DNA of 62,613 bases, counting the filler, from Deltaproteobacteria bacterium (GTDB taxonomy: Bacteria; JAEEML01), in NCBI GenBank assembly GCA_016283195.1. It is 6 parts of 6 records of this genome, joined end to end, with 100 filler letters (N's around TTAATTAATTAA, not from the genome) between each part and the next. Parts side by side here need not be neighbours in the genome. Positions count along the whole stretch, not along the records: positions 1 to 29,631 come from JAEEML010000168.1; 5 more parts are not named here. The stretch is one strand, 5' to 3'. A program made the position numbers and the translations under genes. Positions 7,088 through 18,300 of the stretch are shown in pieces. Position 1 is the first letter of the stretch. Each line of letters begins with the position of its first letter. A model generated the notes under the pieces. That model made no database searches. It worked only from the letters and a program-made list of their open reading frames with translations, and was not told the DNA's origin.

Positions 7088-9622
7088 TCAAGCAAAGAGT
7101 GGCGAACTGTCAAAATTACATAGTTCGTATGATAACCCAAACTCATCATCATAAAAGCCATCATTCAGGGCATAAATGCCACTTTCCGGTAGAATTTCGT
7201 AAATCATATTTTCAGCCATTAGGCGCTTTAATTGATTTGAAAAAACATTTACTGAATATTGACCAGCTTCACTGAGCAGCAAGCGAAGTTTTTTTCCGTA
7301 ATCTTTTTCACCACGTTCCAAAGCACAAAGCCTGCCTGCAATGTCATTGTGGGCATAAGGGACAATAATTCCTGTAGTTATATCAGCAATTACCTCAAAA
7401 TTTTCCCATGCTGTTTTAAATGCCTGTTTATATGGCATCGGCCTCAAGTTTTTATTACTGTTAATTCGTTTGTATTCCTCAAATGCCAGCTTATTGTCAG
7501 ATAGCATATCAAGAACAGTAGCTTCATGCTCTGCTACAGCGTGTCTAAGGAGTTCTGATGAAAATTTGCCATAATAATAGGAGAAAAAGCTTTCTATCGT
7601 CCGTGGATGAATAAGCTCCACTGTTTCTTCCCCAATACTATTAAATTCACGTAACACACGCTCCATACATTGCTGGCCGATTTTAAGTTCAGCTAGTGAG
7701 CCTATTTTTTCATCTTGAAGAGCAAATATGGCCACCGTGCCGTTTATCTTATTACCATTTTCATCAGTAAGCTCATTATTACGATTACACCGTCCTGCTG
7801 TTTGAATAATAGAATCTAAGCCCGCCATATAACGCAGAGCACCACCAAAACTAAGGTCAACACCAGCTTCAATGAGCCTCGTGCTAACACAGATAACCTT
7901 ATCGCCATTTTTAAGGTGCCCCTGTATCTTGGCTATCTGAGCACGACGATGAGAGGGACACATATTGGTACTCAAATGATAGACAAAGTCAGCGCAATTA
8001 TTTTCTTTTATGAGTCTAAATAGCTCTTTTGCCTGCGGTTTTGTATTTACTACCGCCAAAAAGCTATTGTTTAATTTCATTTGCGTTTCTATATAATTAT
8101 ACACATCTTGAACCGAAGACTTAAATGTTCCACCGGCTGTTTTGTCGATAAAAGTTACTCTCTTCAAAGATAAAAAATGCTCCAAGGGGTTTTTAATGAT
8201 TTCATCATCAATATCGAGATGAAACATTTCTTCACCAATTTTATCAAGGCAAGGTTGGGTAGCCGTACAAAGAAGAGCAGATGATTGGCAGCATTTTACC
8301 AAATAATTAAGTCCCCAATTAAAGAGATAGGTAGAATTACTGGGAAGCGTTTGTATTTCATCAAATACTAAAACGCTATTAGCCAATCGGTGCATACGGC
8401 GAATTGCTTTTGTTCCGGCACCAAACATAGTTTCTAAAAACTGCACCATAGTTGTTACAATAATAGGTGCATCCCATGTTGCTTCATATTTCTCATACTC
8501 GTTCTCAGAATTACGCAATTCCTTCTTTTTTTCGCTGGTCAGATTGGAGTGGCATTCAAGAACTATCTGCCCTTTATTCTCTGCATTTTCCAAAACACTC
8601 CTTATCACATTGGCATTTTGGTCAATAATAGATGTATATGGGGCAATAATAAAAATGCGAGACATCTCGTGACGTTTAGCTTGTTCCAAGGCAAAACGCA
8701 GTGAAGCCAGTGTCTTACCGGCGCCAGTAACCGCAGAACAAGTATATATTCCTTTTTCACCACGCCCAATTTCAGCACAACGCTTTGATACTTCCTCGCG
8801 TATTTGTCCAAGTTTTCCGTTAGTTGAAAAACATTGCAAATGATTTTCAAGACGCTTAAGCAGGCTTTCCCAATCTGGTATGCTTTCTGAATATAAAGGC
8901 ACTTCTCCGGCTTCAAAGGCAGCGCTGTCCGTTCTATCAGCGTCAATAAGGCAACTGGAAAGATTTCTCAAATGCAGCCCCATATTGAAACAAACCTGCT
9001 TGGGAGCAATATTGCCGTTGGAATTCTTATAACAACCATTTTTACAAGCATCCAACAACACAGGCCGAGCATCATTTTTCCAATTATCGCTTTGCAAGCA
9101 TTTGCTGATTTCCAATTTTACTTTGGCTGGCAGTTTTTCTTCTATTTCCTCCAGCTCGTTATCGGGCAATTCTTTTTGCAATCGTTCAAAAAATTCTGAG
9201 TGTCCATCTGGAGCAATCATATCAGGAAGGCCAGAACCATGATGAAACATTATTGCGGCTTGAATAGCTGTAGCAGCTAGAATCTTATTCTCCGCTTGCT
9301 TTTGCAAAAGCTTTGCACCAGCTGTAGCATGGTCTTTTTTCTGTTGCGTTTTTCCGCCAACAGAGTTTTTTAAATAATTCTGCCAGGCATTAGAAGCCTT
9401 GCCAGCATCATGCAAAAGGCCTGCCAGTTTGGCAATGTCACAAAAGTTTTGGCTTTTAGAAAATAATTGAGACAAGTTACCGGTTTCCAGTAAGTGTACT
9501 TCCAGTGTTTGATAGGTTGAGTCTTCGTTTCTATACCTGGCAAGTGGTGATGAGTCAATAGTAGGTTGCACCCGCGAGCCTTCTTCTTCCTTATGAGCTA
9601 TTAGCGTTGAATCTGGAGCCAT
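7088..9622 (-). CDS. cas3: Cas3 HD nuclease-helicase
   Basis: LLHDAGK, HH, LIDAD, TGAGKT, HS, DEIQ, TAT, ST.LIEAGVD, QTAGRCNR. Confidence 0.97.
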   Translation of the reverse strand: MAPDSTLIAHKEEEGSRVQPTIDSSPLARYRNEDSTYQTLEVHLLETGNLSQLFSKSQNFCDIAKLAGLLHDAGKASNAWQNYLKNSVGGKTQQKKDHATAGAKLLQKQAENKILAATAIQAAIMFHHGSGLPDMIAPDGHSEFFERLQKELPDNELEEIEEKLPAKVKLEISKCLQSDNWKNDARPVLLDACKNGCYKNSNGNIAPKQVCFNMGLHLRNLSSCLIDADRTDSAAFEAGEVPLYSESIPDWESLLKRLENHLQCFSTNGKLGQIREEVSKRCAEIGRGEKGIYTCSAVTGAGKTLASLRFALEQAKRHEMSRIFIIAPYTSIIDQNANVIRSVLENAENKGQIVLECHSNLTSEKKKELRNSENEYEKYEATWDAPIIVTTMVQFLETMFGAGTKAIRRMHRLANSVLVFDEIQTLPSNSTYLFNWGLNYLVKCCQSSALLCTATQPCLDKIGEEMFHLDIDDEIIKNPLEHFLSLKRVTFIDKTAGGTFKSSVQDVYNYIETQMKLNNSFLAVVNTKPQAKELFRLIKENNCADFVYHLSTNMCPSHRRAQIAKIQGHLKNGDKVICVSTRLIEAGVDLSFGGALRYMAGLDSIIQTAGRCNRNNELTDENGNKINGTVAIFALQDEKIGSLAELKIGQQCMERVLREFNSIGEETVELIHPRTIESFFSYYYGKFSSELLRHAVAEHEATVLDMLSDNKLAFEEYKRINSNKNLRPMPYKQAFKTAWENFEVIADITTGIIVPYAHNDIAGRLCALERGEKDYGKKLRLLLSEAGQYSVNVFSNQLKRLMAENMIYEILPESGIYALNDGFYDDEFGLSYELCNFDSSPLFA

Positions 9623-9664
9623 GGTTTCTATCCCTTCTGGAAAGGATATCTTAAATTGCGCACA

Positions 9665-9693
9665 ATACTACAGTAATTATTCTTCAAAGTCAA
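9665..9693 (-). promoter_or_regulatory. Sigma70-type promoter of cas3
   Basis: Minus strand TTGACT, 17 bp, TAGTAT about 40 bp upstream of cas3 ATG. Confidence 0.55.
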
Positions 9694-10020
9694 CACAGTT
9701 TGGTATGTGTGTGACAACCAATTAATTCTTGGACACCTAGATTATTCTTCGGAGGCTGGACAGTCTTTCCCCAAAACAATATTTTCCAAATTCCGCCCTT
9801 CCCCATCATCTGCCTGTTGTTAAATCATGCATCATTACTAAAACCATTTCAGCCCAAATCACCATCAACTACCAAGGCCGCAATTGCATGCTTGAACCAT
9901 TTTTGACTGCCAAAAATTAAATGCTTTTAACACTCAGTTCTATTCTCCACTGTGATCTCCATCACTGCCACGATCCTAAAATTATTATAAAAGTGGCGCG
10001 GCTTTACTAAGGAGGTTACC

Positions 10021-10641
10021 ATGAAAAAATTAGCCGGTTTGTTAGCAGTATTAATTACATCTCTTACATTAAGCGGAGTTGCAAAAGCAGATGAACAAAT
10101 TGATTTTGCCGCACTAAAAGTTGGCGATACAATTAAACTTGGCCATTATGAACAAGATGGCGATGAAGCTAACGGTCCAGAAGCCATTGAATGGCAAATT
10201 GTTTTTGTTAAAGGCAAAAAAATATTGGCCTTAGCCAAAAATAACCTGGAACTTTATGATTTTCAGCCTAATTACAAATTGCCCAATGTAGCTATTCAAG
10301 AAGCGGCCCTCACCCTGCTCTCTTGGACAAAAAAAGATTTTGTCAAAAAAGCTTTTACCAAAGAGGAAAAAGCTCATGTTAAAGAAAGCTTTGTATTAAG
10401 CGATAAAGATGTTCTCAAAATGGTGCCGGCAGAATTTCGCGCGGCCAAGCCATCGGCCCATGTTTTGAAAAAAGGCGCCGAGGTGGGAGCCAATGGCAAT
10501 TGTCGCTGGTGGCTACAAAAAGACAGCAATTCTTATTCCGGTCATCATGATTTAATTAATGCCGACGGCACTTTTGGCAGCGAAGTTCTTTTTAAAAACA
10601 AAGTTTCCGCCATTCGCCCGGCCATTTGGTTAAAACCATAA
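10021..10641 (+). CDS. Secreted protein, DUF6273-like
   Basis: Signal peptide; G.YEQDGD..NGPE.IEW, WWL, IRPAIW motifs; AAGGAGG SD. Confidence 0.6.
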   Translation: MKKLAGLLAVLITSLTLSGVAKADEQIDFAALKVGDTIKLGHYEQDGDEANGPEAIEWQIVFVKGKKILALAKNNLELYDFQPNYKLPNVAIQEAALTLLSWTKKDFVKKAFTKEEKAHVKESFVLSDKDVLKMVPAEFRAAKPSAHVLKKGAEVGANGNCRWWLQKDSNSYSGHHDLINADGTFGSEVLFKNKVSAIRPAIWLKP

Positions 10642-10690
10642 TTATTTCCGTAAGTTATATATTATTAATACCTATTTAAGGAGATATTGT

Positions 10691-11734
10691 ATGAAATTTA
10701 TTAAACCAATGCTGCTTCTTTTAGGGATTACTCTCACTCTCTCTGCCTGTGGCGACGATACTCACCAAAATGGTGACACCCCCCAAATAAAACAAAAAAC
10801 AGATAATAACAACAACAGCAACAATAACAATAACACCACAAATACAGATACGATTATTGATAATAACAGCAATAATACAGATATTGATACAAATACAGAT
10901 ACAAATAATAATAACAACAATAATAATACTGATGCAGATACTGTTACCGACACTGACAACAATAACGACAATAGTGATAACTACTCAATAACTCAAGTAA
11001 AAAATGGTTTAACTGTTGGTGATACTATACAATTACAAGTTTATAAAAACGGCTCAGCTTTTGATGGTGCCAGTTGGAGCTCAGATAATGAAATATTCGC
11101 CACCGTCGATGAGAGCGGTCTGGTCACTGCCCTCTTTCCGGGCGAGGTTAACATCATCGCCACCATCGATGAGAAAACCACAGTTAGCAGCAATATAACT
11201 GTTAACGCGCGTAATAGTACCATGTATAAATTTGCCATGGAAAAAGGTACACCGGCCGTAGATAAAGATACCGGCCATGTCGTTGTGGCCTTTGTCAGCG
11301 TCAAAATCGATAATTATGGGCAAACCAGAGAGTTATCTTTTACCTACGATGTTGCCACAGAAGATTGCCTCATTAAATCCGCACTCCGTGGCACCACCAA
11401 CGGCGGCACTCCTTTTACATTAATTGGTTATAATGATTTTACCTGGGGCGATTACAAAAATGGTTCATTCTACGGCGCCTATTTCCAAGATAACCCCAAT
11501 AATGAGCTCGGCTATGACTATGCTATTATCTCCTTCAATAACAAGGAACTCACCTTCTACAACCACAGCGAAATCTATCTGCCGACAACCTATACTTACT
11601 ACATTGAATACAGCGACTGGGAAAAGCAAGAAGTCGAAAGCGTAGTGGAACCCATTTGGGTGCGGATACAAGAGTGCCCACTCTATGCCAATGATATGTT
11701 TGAGAAATTTAACTACAATCTAACTCTCTTCTAA
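10691..11734 (+). CDS. Lipoprotein with Asn/Thr/Asp-rich linker and Big_2 (Ig-like) domain
   Basis: Lipobox LSAC; WSSDN..ATVD..GLVTA..G...I.AT Big_2 signature. Confidence 0.75.
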   Translation: MKFIKPMLLLLGITLTLSACGDDTHQNGDTPQIKQKTDNNNNSNNNNNTTNTDTIIDNNSNNTDIDTNTDTNNNNNNNNTDADTVTDTDNNNDNSDNYSITQVKNGLTVGDTIQLQVYKNGSAFDGASWSSDNEIFATVDESGLVTALFPGEVNIIATIDEKTTVSSNITVNARNSTMYKFAMEKGTPAVDKDTGHVVVAFVSVKIDNYGQTRELSFTYDVATEDCLIKSALRGTTNGGTPFTLIGYNDFTWGDYKNGSFYGAYFQDNPNNELGYDYAIISFNNKELTFYNHSEIYLPTTYTYYIEYSDWEKQEVESVVEPIWVRIQECPLYANDMFEKFNYNLTLF

Positions 11735-11863
11735 AATTATTCCCATCAATTAGCAGAACCAGCCCTAAGGCCAGATGGCGCACTAGCGCCAGCTGAGAAA
11801 AAATCCTCACAAGGTGCCTGTTTTCCATTTACTAGGTAAAATTTCTGCCTGCCTTTGAGCGGA

Positions 11864-11928
11864 GCCCCTCCTTCCATGGGGGAGGGGCGATTTTCATAAA
11901 AATCCAATGAGTTAGGAGGAGAGGTCCG
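11864..11928. repeat. REP-like repeat variant
   Basis: Hairpin GCCCCTCC..GGAGGGGC plus a 41-bp block (11888-11928) with 4 mismatches to copies at 33517-33553 region and 50832 region. Confidence 0.7.
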
Positions 11929-11939
11929 AAAAAAGCCCA

Positions 11940-12680
11940 TTAGCTAAAGCGCTTAAACTCGTGCTCATTAAGCCGCCATATAGATCCGTCTTCTGCCTGG
12001 TGGATTGGGCAATTCTGCCCCAAATCGGCAATATGCACGGCTAAAATATGGCGCGCGCTAATTTCGGCCCGGTGTGCCATGAGCTCTGCCAGGCTCACAT
12101 GCGGCCCGGAGCCCTGAGACATATTTACATCAATGATGAGCAAATCGGCATTTTTGGCTAAAAGCGGAATATTTTCGCACCATTTGGTATCACCGGTAAT
12201 AGCCACGGTGAGGCCGGCGGCAGTGATTCTATAGCCCAGTGATTCCGGGCGATGCAACATGGGCAGAGCGCTAATAGCCCCAAAAGTATCACTATAACCC
12301 TGAGGCGGAAAATCTTCATATTTAATTACAGCAGGATCGCCGGCGCCGTACCCCATGGCTAAAGTGAGCGCTTCAACATGCTCTTTGGTGGTTCCAGGGC
12401 CAATTATTTTAAGCGGCCCTTTTAGGAGAGCAGGATTATTATTAAGTTCGGCAATCATATAAGGCAGGCCGCCAAAATGGTCGCCGTGATAGTGGGTTAT
12501 TAACACGCGCTGAAAACGATCATAACCAATAGATAGCTTTTCCATCTGCGCTTTGGTGTTGGCACCGCAATCGAGCAGGAGCCCTTCCCCGCCGTGCTCC
12601 AAAAGGAGAGCTTGCTGAGCCCGGCCGCCATGGTTGCAATAGTCGCCGCTACCTAAAATTGTAATTTTTAATTCTGCCAT
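11940..12680 (-). CDS. MBL-fold metallohydrolase (RNase Z/BN-like)
   Basis: ILGSG, LLDCG, THYHGDHFGG, GDT motifs. Confidence 0.85.
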   Translation of the reverse strand: MAELKITILGSGDYCNHGGRAQQALLLEHGGEGLLLDCGANTKAQMEKLSIGYDRFQRVLITHYHGDHFGGLPYMIAELNNNPALLKGPLKIIGPGTTKEHVEALTLAMGYGAGDPAVIKYEDFPPQGYSDTFGAISALPMLHRPESLGYRITAAGLTVAITGDTKWCENIPLLAKNADLLIIDVNMSQGSGPHVSLAELMAHRAEISARHILAVHIADLGQNCPIHQAEDGSIWRLNEHEFKRFS

Positions 12681-14563
12681 TATTCACTCCGCAAATTAAC
12701 GGCCGGCCGCACCGCCGCCGCTTGCAAAGAGGGAAAAACAGTGGCCAGATGGCAAATTATGAGGGCCGCCAAGGCGGTGACGGTAATTTCCAGCGGATTT
12801 AATAAAACACTAAGATTATCCACTAAATAAACTTGTGCCGAAAGCTGAAAATGGGCGCCGCTTAATATATAAGCTATGGCAATCCCCAAAACCACACCTA
12901 AAAGAGTGCCCGTAAGGCCGATAATCCAGCCCACCACCATAAAAATTTTCATCACCGAGGCATCGCTCACCCCGAGGGCCTTCATAAGAGCTATTTCATC
13001 GCTCTTTTCCACCACCACCATAAAAAGCGTGGAAGCAATATTAAAAGCCGCTACAATAATGATGAAAATAAGCACCAAAAACATCACTAATTTTTGAATT
13101 TTTAAGGCCATAAAAATGCCGGCATTCATCTCGCGCCAGTCCAAAGTACGGAAAGGATAACCGGAAAGGCGATTTATTACTTTAGCGGCCACCTCCTGCA
13201 CCCGCTCGGCATCTTTAACTTTGAGCTCCAGGCCGGTAACCGTGCCATCAAGGCCCATAAATTGCTGCGCCGCCGTTATATCGGCATAAATAAGCTTTTG
13301 ATCAAATTCAAAAACGCCGCTTTTAAAAACCCCGGCAATAACAAATTGCATTCTTTTAGGCGTATTGCCTTTAACTTTAGAAATGCCCACCGGCGTGGTA
13401 AGAGCCACTACATCGCCAACGCTGACATTCATATCTTGCAAAAATTCGCTGCCGACAAAAATGCCGGGCAGAATATTGGGGCCGCCGCGTTCTTTAGGGT
13501 AAAGCATATCCAAAGTAGCGCCGTTTTGCAGCTGATTGGCTACATTAGTAATCTGGGAAATACGCGCCGGATCAACACCTTTCAGCATCACACCTTGCAT
13601 GTGTCCATCGGTGGAAACCATGGCTTCATTAAAGACAAACGGCGAACCGCTTATAACGCCGGGCACCGTGCGGCATTTTTTTAAAATATCTTCGTATTCG
13701 CGAAAATCAGTGCCGTATTTTTGCACGATTAAATGAGCATTACTGTTTAAAATACGCTCTGTTACATCGCGCTGATAACCGCTCATCAGGCCGGTTACGG
13801 CAATGAGCGAAGCCACTCCCAGCATCACCCCCAAAATGGAGATAAAGGCCGTGGAACTAATTAAGCCCTGACGGCGACGGGCCATGAGGTAGCGCCAACC
13901 AATCCAGTTTTCAAAGCCGTTTTTCAGGCGGGTATTTATGAGCACATAGCACATAGATGAGGCAAATAAAGTCAGCACCAGGGTAATGAGGAGAGCCAGA
14001 GCAAAAGTGCGCATCCAACCATTGCCCAGGTAAATAATGCCCGGCCCCTGCTGCAAAATAGTAGCCAAAAAATTGGTGGTCAGCTCTTTGCTGGGAGCTA
14101 TTTTGCCGAGTAAATCATATTGCCCATGGATAAAAAAGAGTAGCCCGGCTAGGCCGGCGGCGCTTAAATTTTCCCAAAAGCCCAGCCTCTTACACTTTAT
14201 GGCCGTGACAAAGCCGGTAAAAAGCGCTGTTAGGGCTATGCCAAACCAAAGCCAGGGTTCCATGTGCGTTTGCAAAGCGCCGGCTTTGCCAATGCCGAGT
14301 GCAAGAGCGGCACTATCTCCGGCCAAAAGCAGCATAAAGGCGGTGAGCATAGCCGAAAAACTATAGCGCCACCGCCCCATAGGAGCCAAAAAAGCCACGA
14401 GAGCCGCCATAAGGCAAAGACAAGCAAAGGAGAGCGTACGCCAGTTTTCCGGCACCAAACGCAGCAGCAAAAATGTGCCGCCGCCCCAAATGAGCAAAAA
14501 CACAGTAGAAAGGGAAAGGCGCCGAAAAAGCGTATAAGATGTGGGATTTTTTAAGAAATTCAT
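12680..14563 (-). CDS. LolC/E-family lipoprotein-releasing ABC permease with extra N-terminal membrane region
   Basis: IGWRYL, ISILGV.LGVASLI, MacB periplasmic core, AAFNIASTL..VVEK..EIA.MKALG FtsX domain. Confidence 0.85.
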   Translation of the reverse strand: MNFLKNPTSYTLFRRLSLSTVFLLIWGGGTFLLLRLVPENWRTLSFACLCLMAALVAFLAPMGRWRYSFSAMLTAFMLLLAGDSAALALGIGKAGALQTHMEPWLWFGIALTALFTGFVTAIKCKRLGFWENLSAAGLAGLLFFIHGQYDLLGKIAPSKELTTNFLATILQQGPGIIYLGNGWMRTFALALLITLVLTLFASSMCYVLINTRLKNGFENWIGWRYLMARRRQGLISSTAFISILGVMLGVASLIAVTGLMSGYQRDVTERILNSNAHLIVQKYGTDFREYEDILKKCRTVPGVISGSPFVFNEAMVSTDGHMQGVMLKGVDPARISQITNVANQLQNGATLDMLYPKERGGPNILPGIFVGSEFLQDMNVSVGDVVALTTPVGISKVKGNTPKRMQFVIAGVFKSGVFEFDQKLIYADITAAQQFMGLDGTVTGLELKVKDAERVQEVAAKVINRLSGYPFRTLDWREMNAGIFMALKIQKLVMFLVLIFIIIVAAFNIASTLFMVVVEKSDEIALMKALGVSDASVMKIFMVVGWIIGLTGTLLGVVLGIAIAYILSGAHFQLSAQVYLVDNLSVLLNPLEITVTALAALIICHLATVFPSLQAAAVRPAVNLRSE

Positions 14564-14566
14564 TCT

Positions 14567-15226
14567 TTACTTGGCGCTGTTTACAATAGCGATACCGGCA
14601 GAACAACCAATGCGGCTAGCTCCGGCTTCGATCATGGCCATGGCATCTTCATAAGTGCGCACGCCGCCGGAAGCTTTAACGCCCATCTCCGGGCCAACAA
14701 TGCGCCGCATCAAAGCCACATCTTCAGCTTTGGCACCGCCCTCTTTGGCAAAGCCGGTGGAAGTTTTAACAAAGGCGGCTCCGGCAGCTTTGGAGAGAGC
14801 ACAGGCAATAATTTTTTCATCATCGCTCAGCATGGCGCTCTCGATAATCACCTTAACCGGGCGGTCACCGGCGGCTTTTACCACAGCTAAAATATCTTCA
14901 TAAACCAGGCTGTAATCTTTACCCTTTAAAGCACCAACATTGATAACGGTATCAATCTCGGCGGCGCCGTCGCGCACAGCTTGCTCGGTCTCAAAAGCCT
15001 TGGCCGCGCTGCTCATGGCTCCCAGGGGGAAACCGACAACAGCTATCGGCTTGGTAACACAACCTTCCAGCTCCTTGGCGCAAAGGGCCACATTGGCTGA
15101 ATTAACACACACGGTTTTAAAGGAATATTCCCTGGCTTCGGCACAGAGCTGCTTGAGCTCGGCCACCGTGGCGTTAGCTTTTAGTAAAGTGTGATCAATC
15201 ATTCCGGCCAATTGAGTTTTATCCAT
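14567..15226 (-). CDS. deoC: Deoxyribose-phosphate aldolase
   Basis: IDHTLLK, VVGFPLG, FVKTSTGF, VKASGGVR. Confidence 0.97.
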   Translation of the reverse strand: MDKTQLAGMIDHTLLKANATVAELKQLCAEAREYSFKTVCVNSANVALCAKELEGCVTKPIAVVGFPLGAMSSAAKAFETEQAVRDGAAEIDTVINVGALKGKDYSLVYEDILAVVKAAGDRPVKVIIESAMLSDDEKIIACALSKAAGAAFVKTSTGFAKEGGAKAEDVALMRRIVGPEMGVKASGGVRTYEDAMAMIEAGASRIGCSAGIAIVNSAK

Positions 15227-15329
15227 TTTTCACCTCTCTCAAAAGGGTTAAAACCGAGGAAAACTTTTAGCACGAAGCCCAAGAAGCGGCAAGGAGAAAG
15301 ATTGAGCTTTCCGCCTTTTTGGCGAAATA

Positions 15330-18300
15330 TTATTTGATAGTTTTAAGCAGCAATTTAACAGTGGAAAGATTGACGCGGTTATAAACTTCGTTGCCGCCGC
15401 CGGTGCCGCCGGTGTAGCTCACAAAATGGTCAAAATAAGACATATTAAAGACATCGCTGATTGTCACGGTATAAGTCTTATTTTTATCGAGAGTTAGCGG
15501 CATAAAGCTGGATTCGCCCCACCTGTCCCAGTTATCGCTGCCAAGATGCGGCATAAAGACAACATCACTTGCCACTTCATTGCCGCCGTTTTCCGTCACG
15601 GTCACCTTTTTCACAGCGCAGGTAATACCGGTATCAATGGGCCGCCCGCTGCCATATTCCAAAAGGAGCAGATAATCGCCGCTCTCGGTGGGTTTAACAT
15701 TAGGCACGGTTAAGGTTTCATTCGGCCTGCCCCAATCGCCAAAGTGGGAGCGGTCATGGTCGCTGGCGGTGGGCGTTTCGCTAAATTTAGAGGCATCGTA
15801 TTTGTTGCTGTCGGCGCGCACAAAGTTATCGCCCCAATAGCAGAGCGGCTTGGCATGGTGGCTCTCATTGCCATATTTATTTACGGCTGTCACCGAGTAA
15901 CAATATGATTTTTGAGCATAATCTGCGGAATCGGGATCAACCCAGGGGGAAGTAACTTTTGTCGCCACCAATTTGCCGTCGCGGTAAATATTAAAGGTGT
16001 TGCCCTGATCGACATCCATAGCCGTCTGGGTGCTAAAAGAGACTTTGAGTTTGCCGTTTTCCGGAGCAATGGGATAAACAGCATGGTCGGCAGGAAGTAG
16101 CGGCATTTGCGGCGCGTAACATTCGGCATCTTCGGTGCAGCTTTTGAGAGTAATGGTAGCGCCGGCATTGGCAACTTCGGCTTTCATGGTAATAATAATT
16201 TCATTATTATCCTGCAAATCATCAGCACTTAAAGGATCTCTTTTAAGAGCGCCGTTAAGTGTCAACTTATCCATGATAAAAAAGCCATCTACATCTTCAG
16301 TACGTTTAGGTAATTTTATAGTAATATCAATATTTTTACCATGATATTTAAAATATTGCAGGCGAATTTCACTGCTCCCGGCCAAAAAGACATTGCGCAT
16401 ATATGCCGTAATAGCCGGGTTAAACCAAACGGTATTTTGCGTTGTTTCCAGGCCAAAAATGCCATACAAAACCGCGGAGATATAGCCGGCAACCGACCAG
16501 AGCTGGCGGCGCGAATTGACTTTAGGCCCGGAAAGCTCATTACCTTGGTAATCGGTGCGCTTATCATCAGCCCAGGCCTTTAAATTGGTGAATTCAAAAT
16601 TTTCCATATTGGAGAGGTTAAAAGCCGCACCTCTGATAAGGCTAATCATGGCATTATCCACAACTTTACTATTGCGTGCTTTGAGCGCCGCTCTTAAGTG
16701 ATATGCGGTGACAAAAGGCCAGATGGAGCGGTTATGATATATCCAGGTGCGCGGCTGTTGCGGCCAGATAACCGGCGGCCCGGCTTCCACCACCGGGTAA
16801 CTGGCTATGGCCTGCGCCGCCTGCGCCGGGGTAGCCACATCCCACAAAATAGCGAGCGACTGGCCGAGAGAATCATAATTGCTATGGGCATCGCCGCTAT
16901 CGAGATAGGTGCCGGTCATACTGGCAAAGAGCCCCTTATCAGCCTGATAAAAGCGCTCCACTATAGCTGTCTTTAGGTCAGCGGCCCAGCCAGCATACTT
17001 GCTAGCCAGGGTGCTATCACCCTTTTCACCGGCCATTTCGGCAGCCACTTTTAAGATAATATAATGAGCCACATTGGTAGAAAGCGCTTTAGCCATACCG
17101 ATATGCACAGTGTCCTGAGCCGTCCACGGCTGATAGGTATTTTCGCGCCAATCGAGGTAAGATTGCTCACCGCCATAGAGCTTTTCCACCGGGTCATAGA
17201 CGACTTCCCTATCGGCTTCGATGGTGTTTTTTATGGCATCATAGGTATCGTTATAAAAACTATCGCGCGCGGAGCCATCCAAATATTTGAGCGTCTCATA
17301 AGCGCCCAGAATCCACACCACGCGGTCGGTAGAAATGGGCCAGGAACCGCCGCTACCGGTATCTTGCACAATCTGCTTACCGCCACCGCCGACGCTCTGT
17401 TTTTTATCAGCCAATTTAAAGGCCAGTGAATTCATCGAGCGCTCAGGGTCAACGAGAGCCAGGCCTAAATCCATGGCGTAGGAGGTGTCGCGCGTCCAAA
17501 CGTAATTCCAGTTTTCGCCGGTATTAAAACAGTTACAGGGCACGCCCTGGCCGTTATTAAAAGCGTAATTATCAATCTGGGTAACGCTATCAAGACTAGC
17601 TTCTCTCATAGCCAGAGCAAAAAGGCCGTCAAAATAAGTATGACCGCTTATAAGTCGCAAGCCTTCAATAAGTTCATAAATAGTGCGCTCTTTGGAGGCT
17701 GGAGTGTTATCACGCAAATCGGCAGTGGTGGTAAAGGTAAAGCTGCGCCAACTGTTGGTATTGCCATAAAGTGCCGCCGTACCCACTGTCCCGCGCCAGC
17801 TGATAATAGTATCGGAAAAATCTGCCGGCAATGCCGGTTCATCGCTACTGGCATCGGCACAGGCCGGCCCACTCCAACCGGCGGAGCAATTTTCACAGGC
17901 CTCACCGGCAAAATGGCTATTACATTCACAGCGGCCGCTCTCGTTACAAGTACCGCGCCCACTGCAAACGCCGTCACTGCTACCCGCGCCCGGGCAGCGC
18001 TCGGTGCAATTTTCGCCAAAGTAGCCAATAATGCATTTATCACAAGCAGGATAATTTGTTTTGTTGCCGGAGCAGCCGGAACAATCACCGCCGGCACCGT
18101 TGGTACAGGCACAAGTGCCGTCATCCTGGCAAGTGCCGTTGCCGTTGCAGGGATTTTCGTGGCCGCCAAGACATTCTATAGCACATGTCGGCCCTTTATA
18201 ACCGGCGGCACAAGTACAAGAACCGTCACCCTCAAGGCCGTCGTTGCAAGTACCGTTGACACATTTACAGGGTTCACACTTTTGGCCGTAATGACCGGCT

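Noticed and set aside
7105-7114. AACTGTCAAA (also at 1448-1457) matching the repeat-guide junction on the opposite strand
   Set aside because: Only 7 nt of guide match with an AAC repeat-like flank instead of TTN; short enough to be chance
9623-9740. Possible second target of the mini-guide in the cas3 promoter
   Set aside because: No match beyond about 5 nt and no PAM
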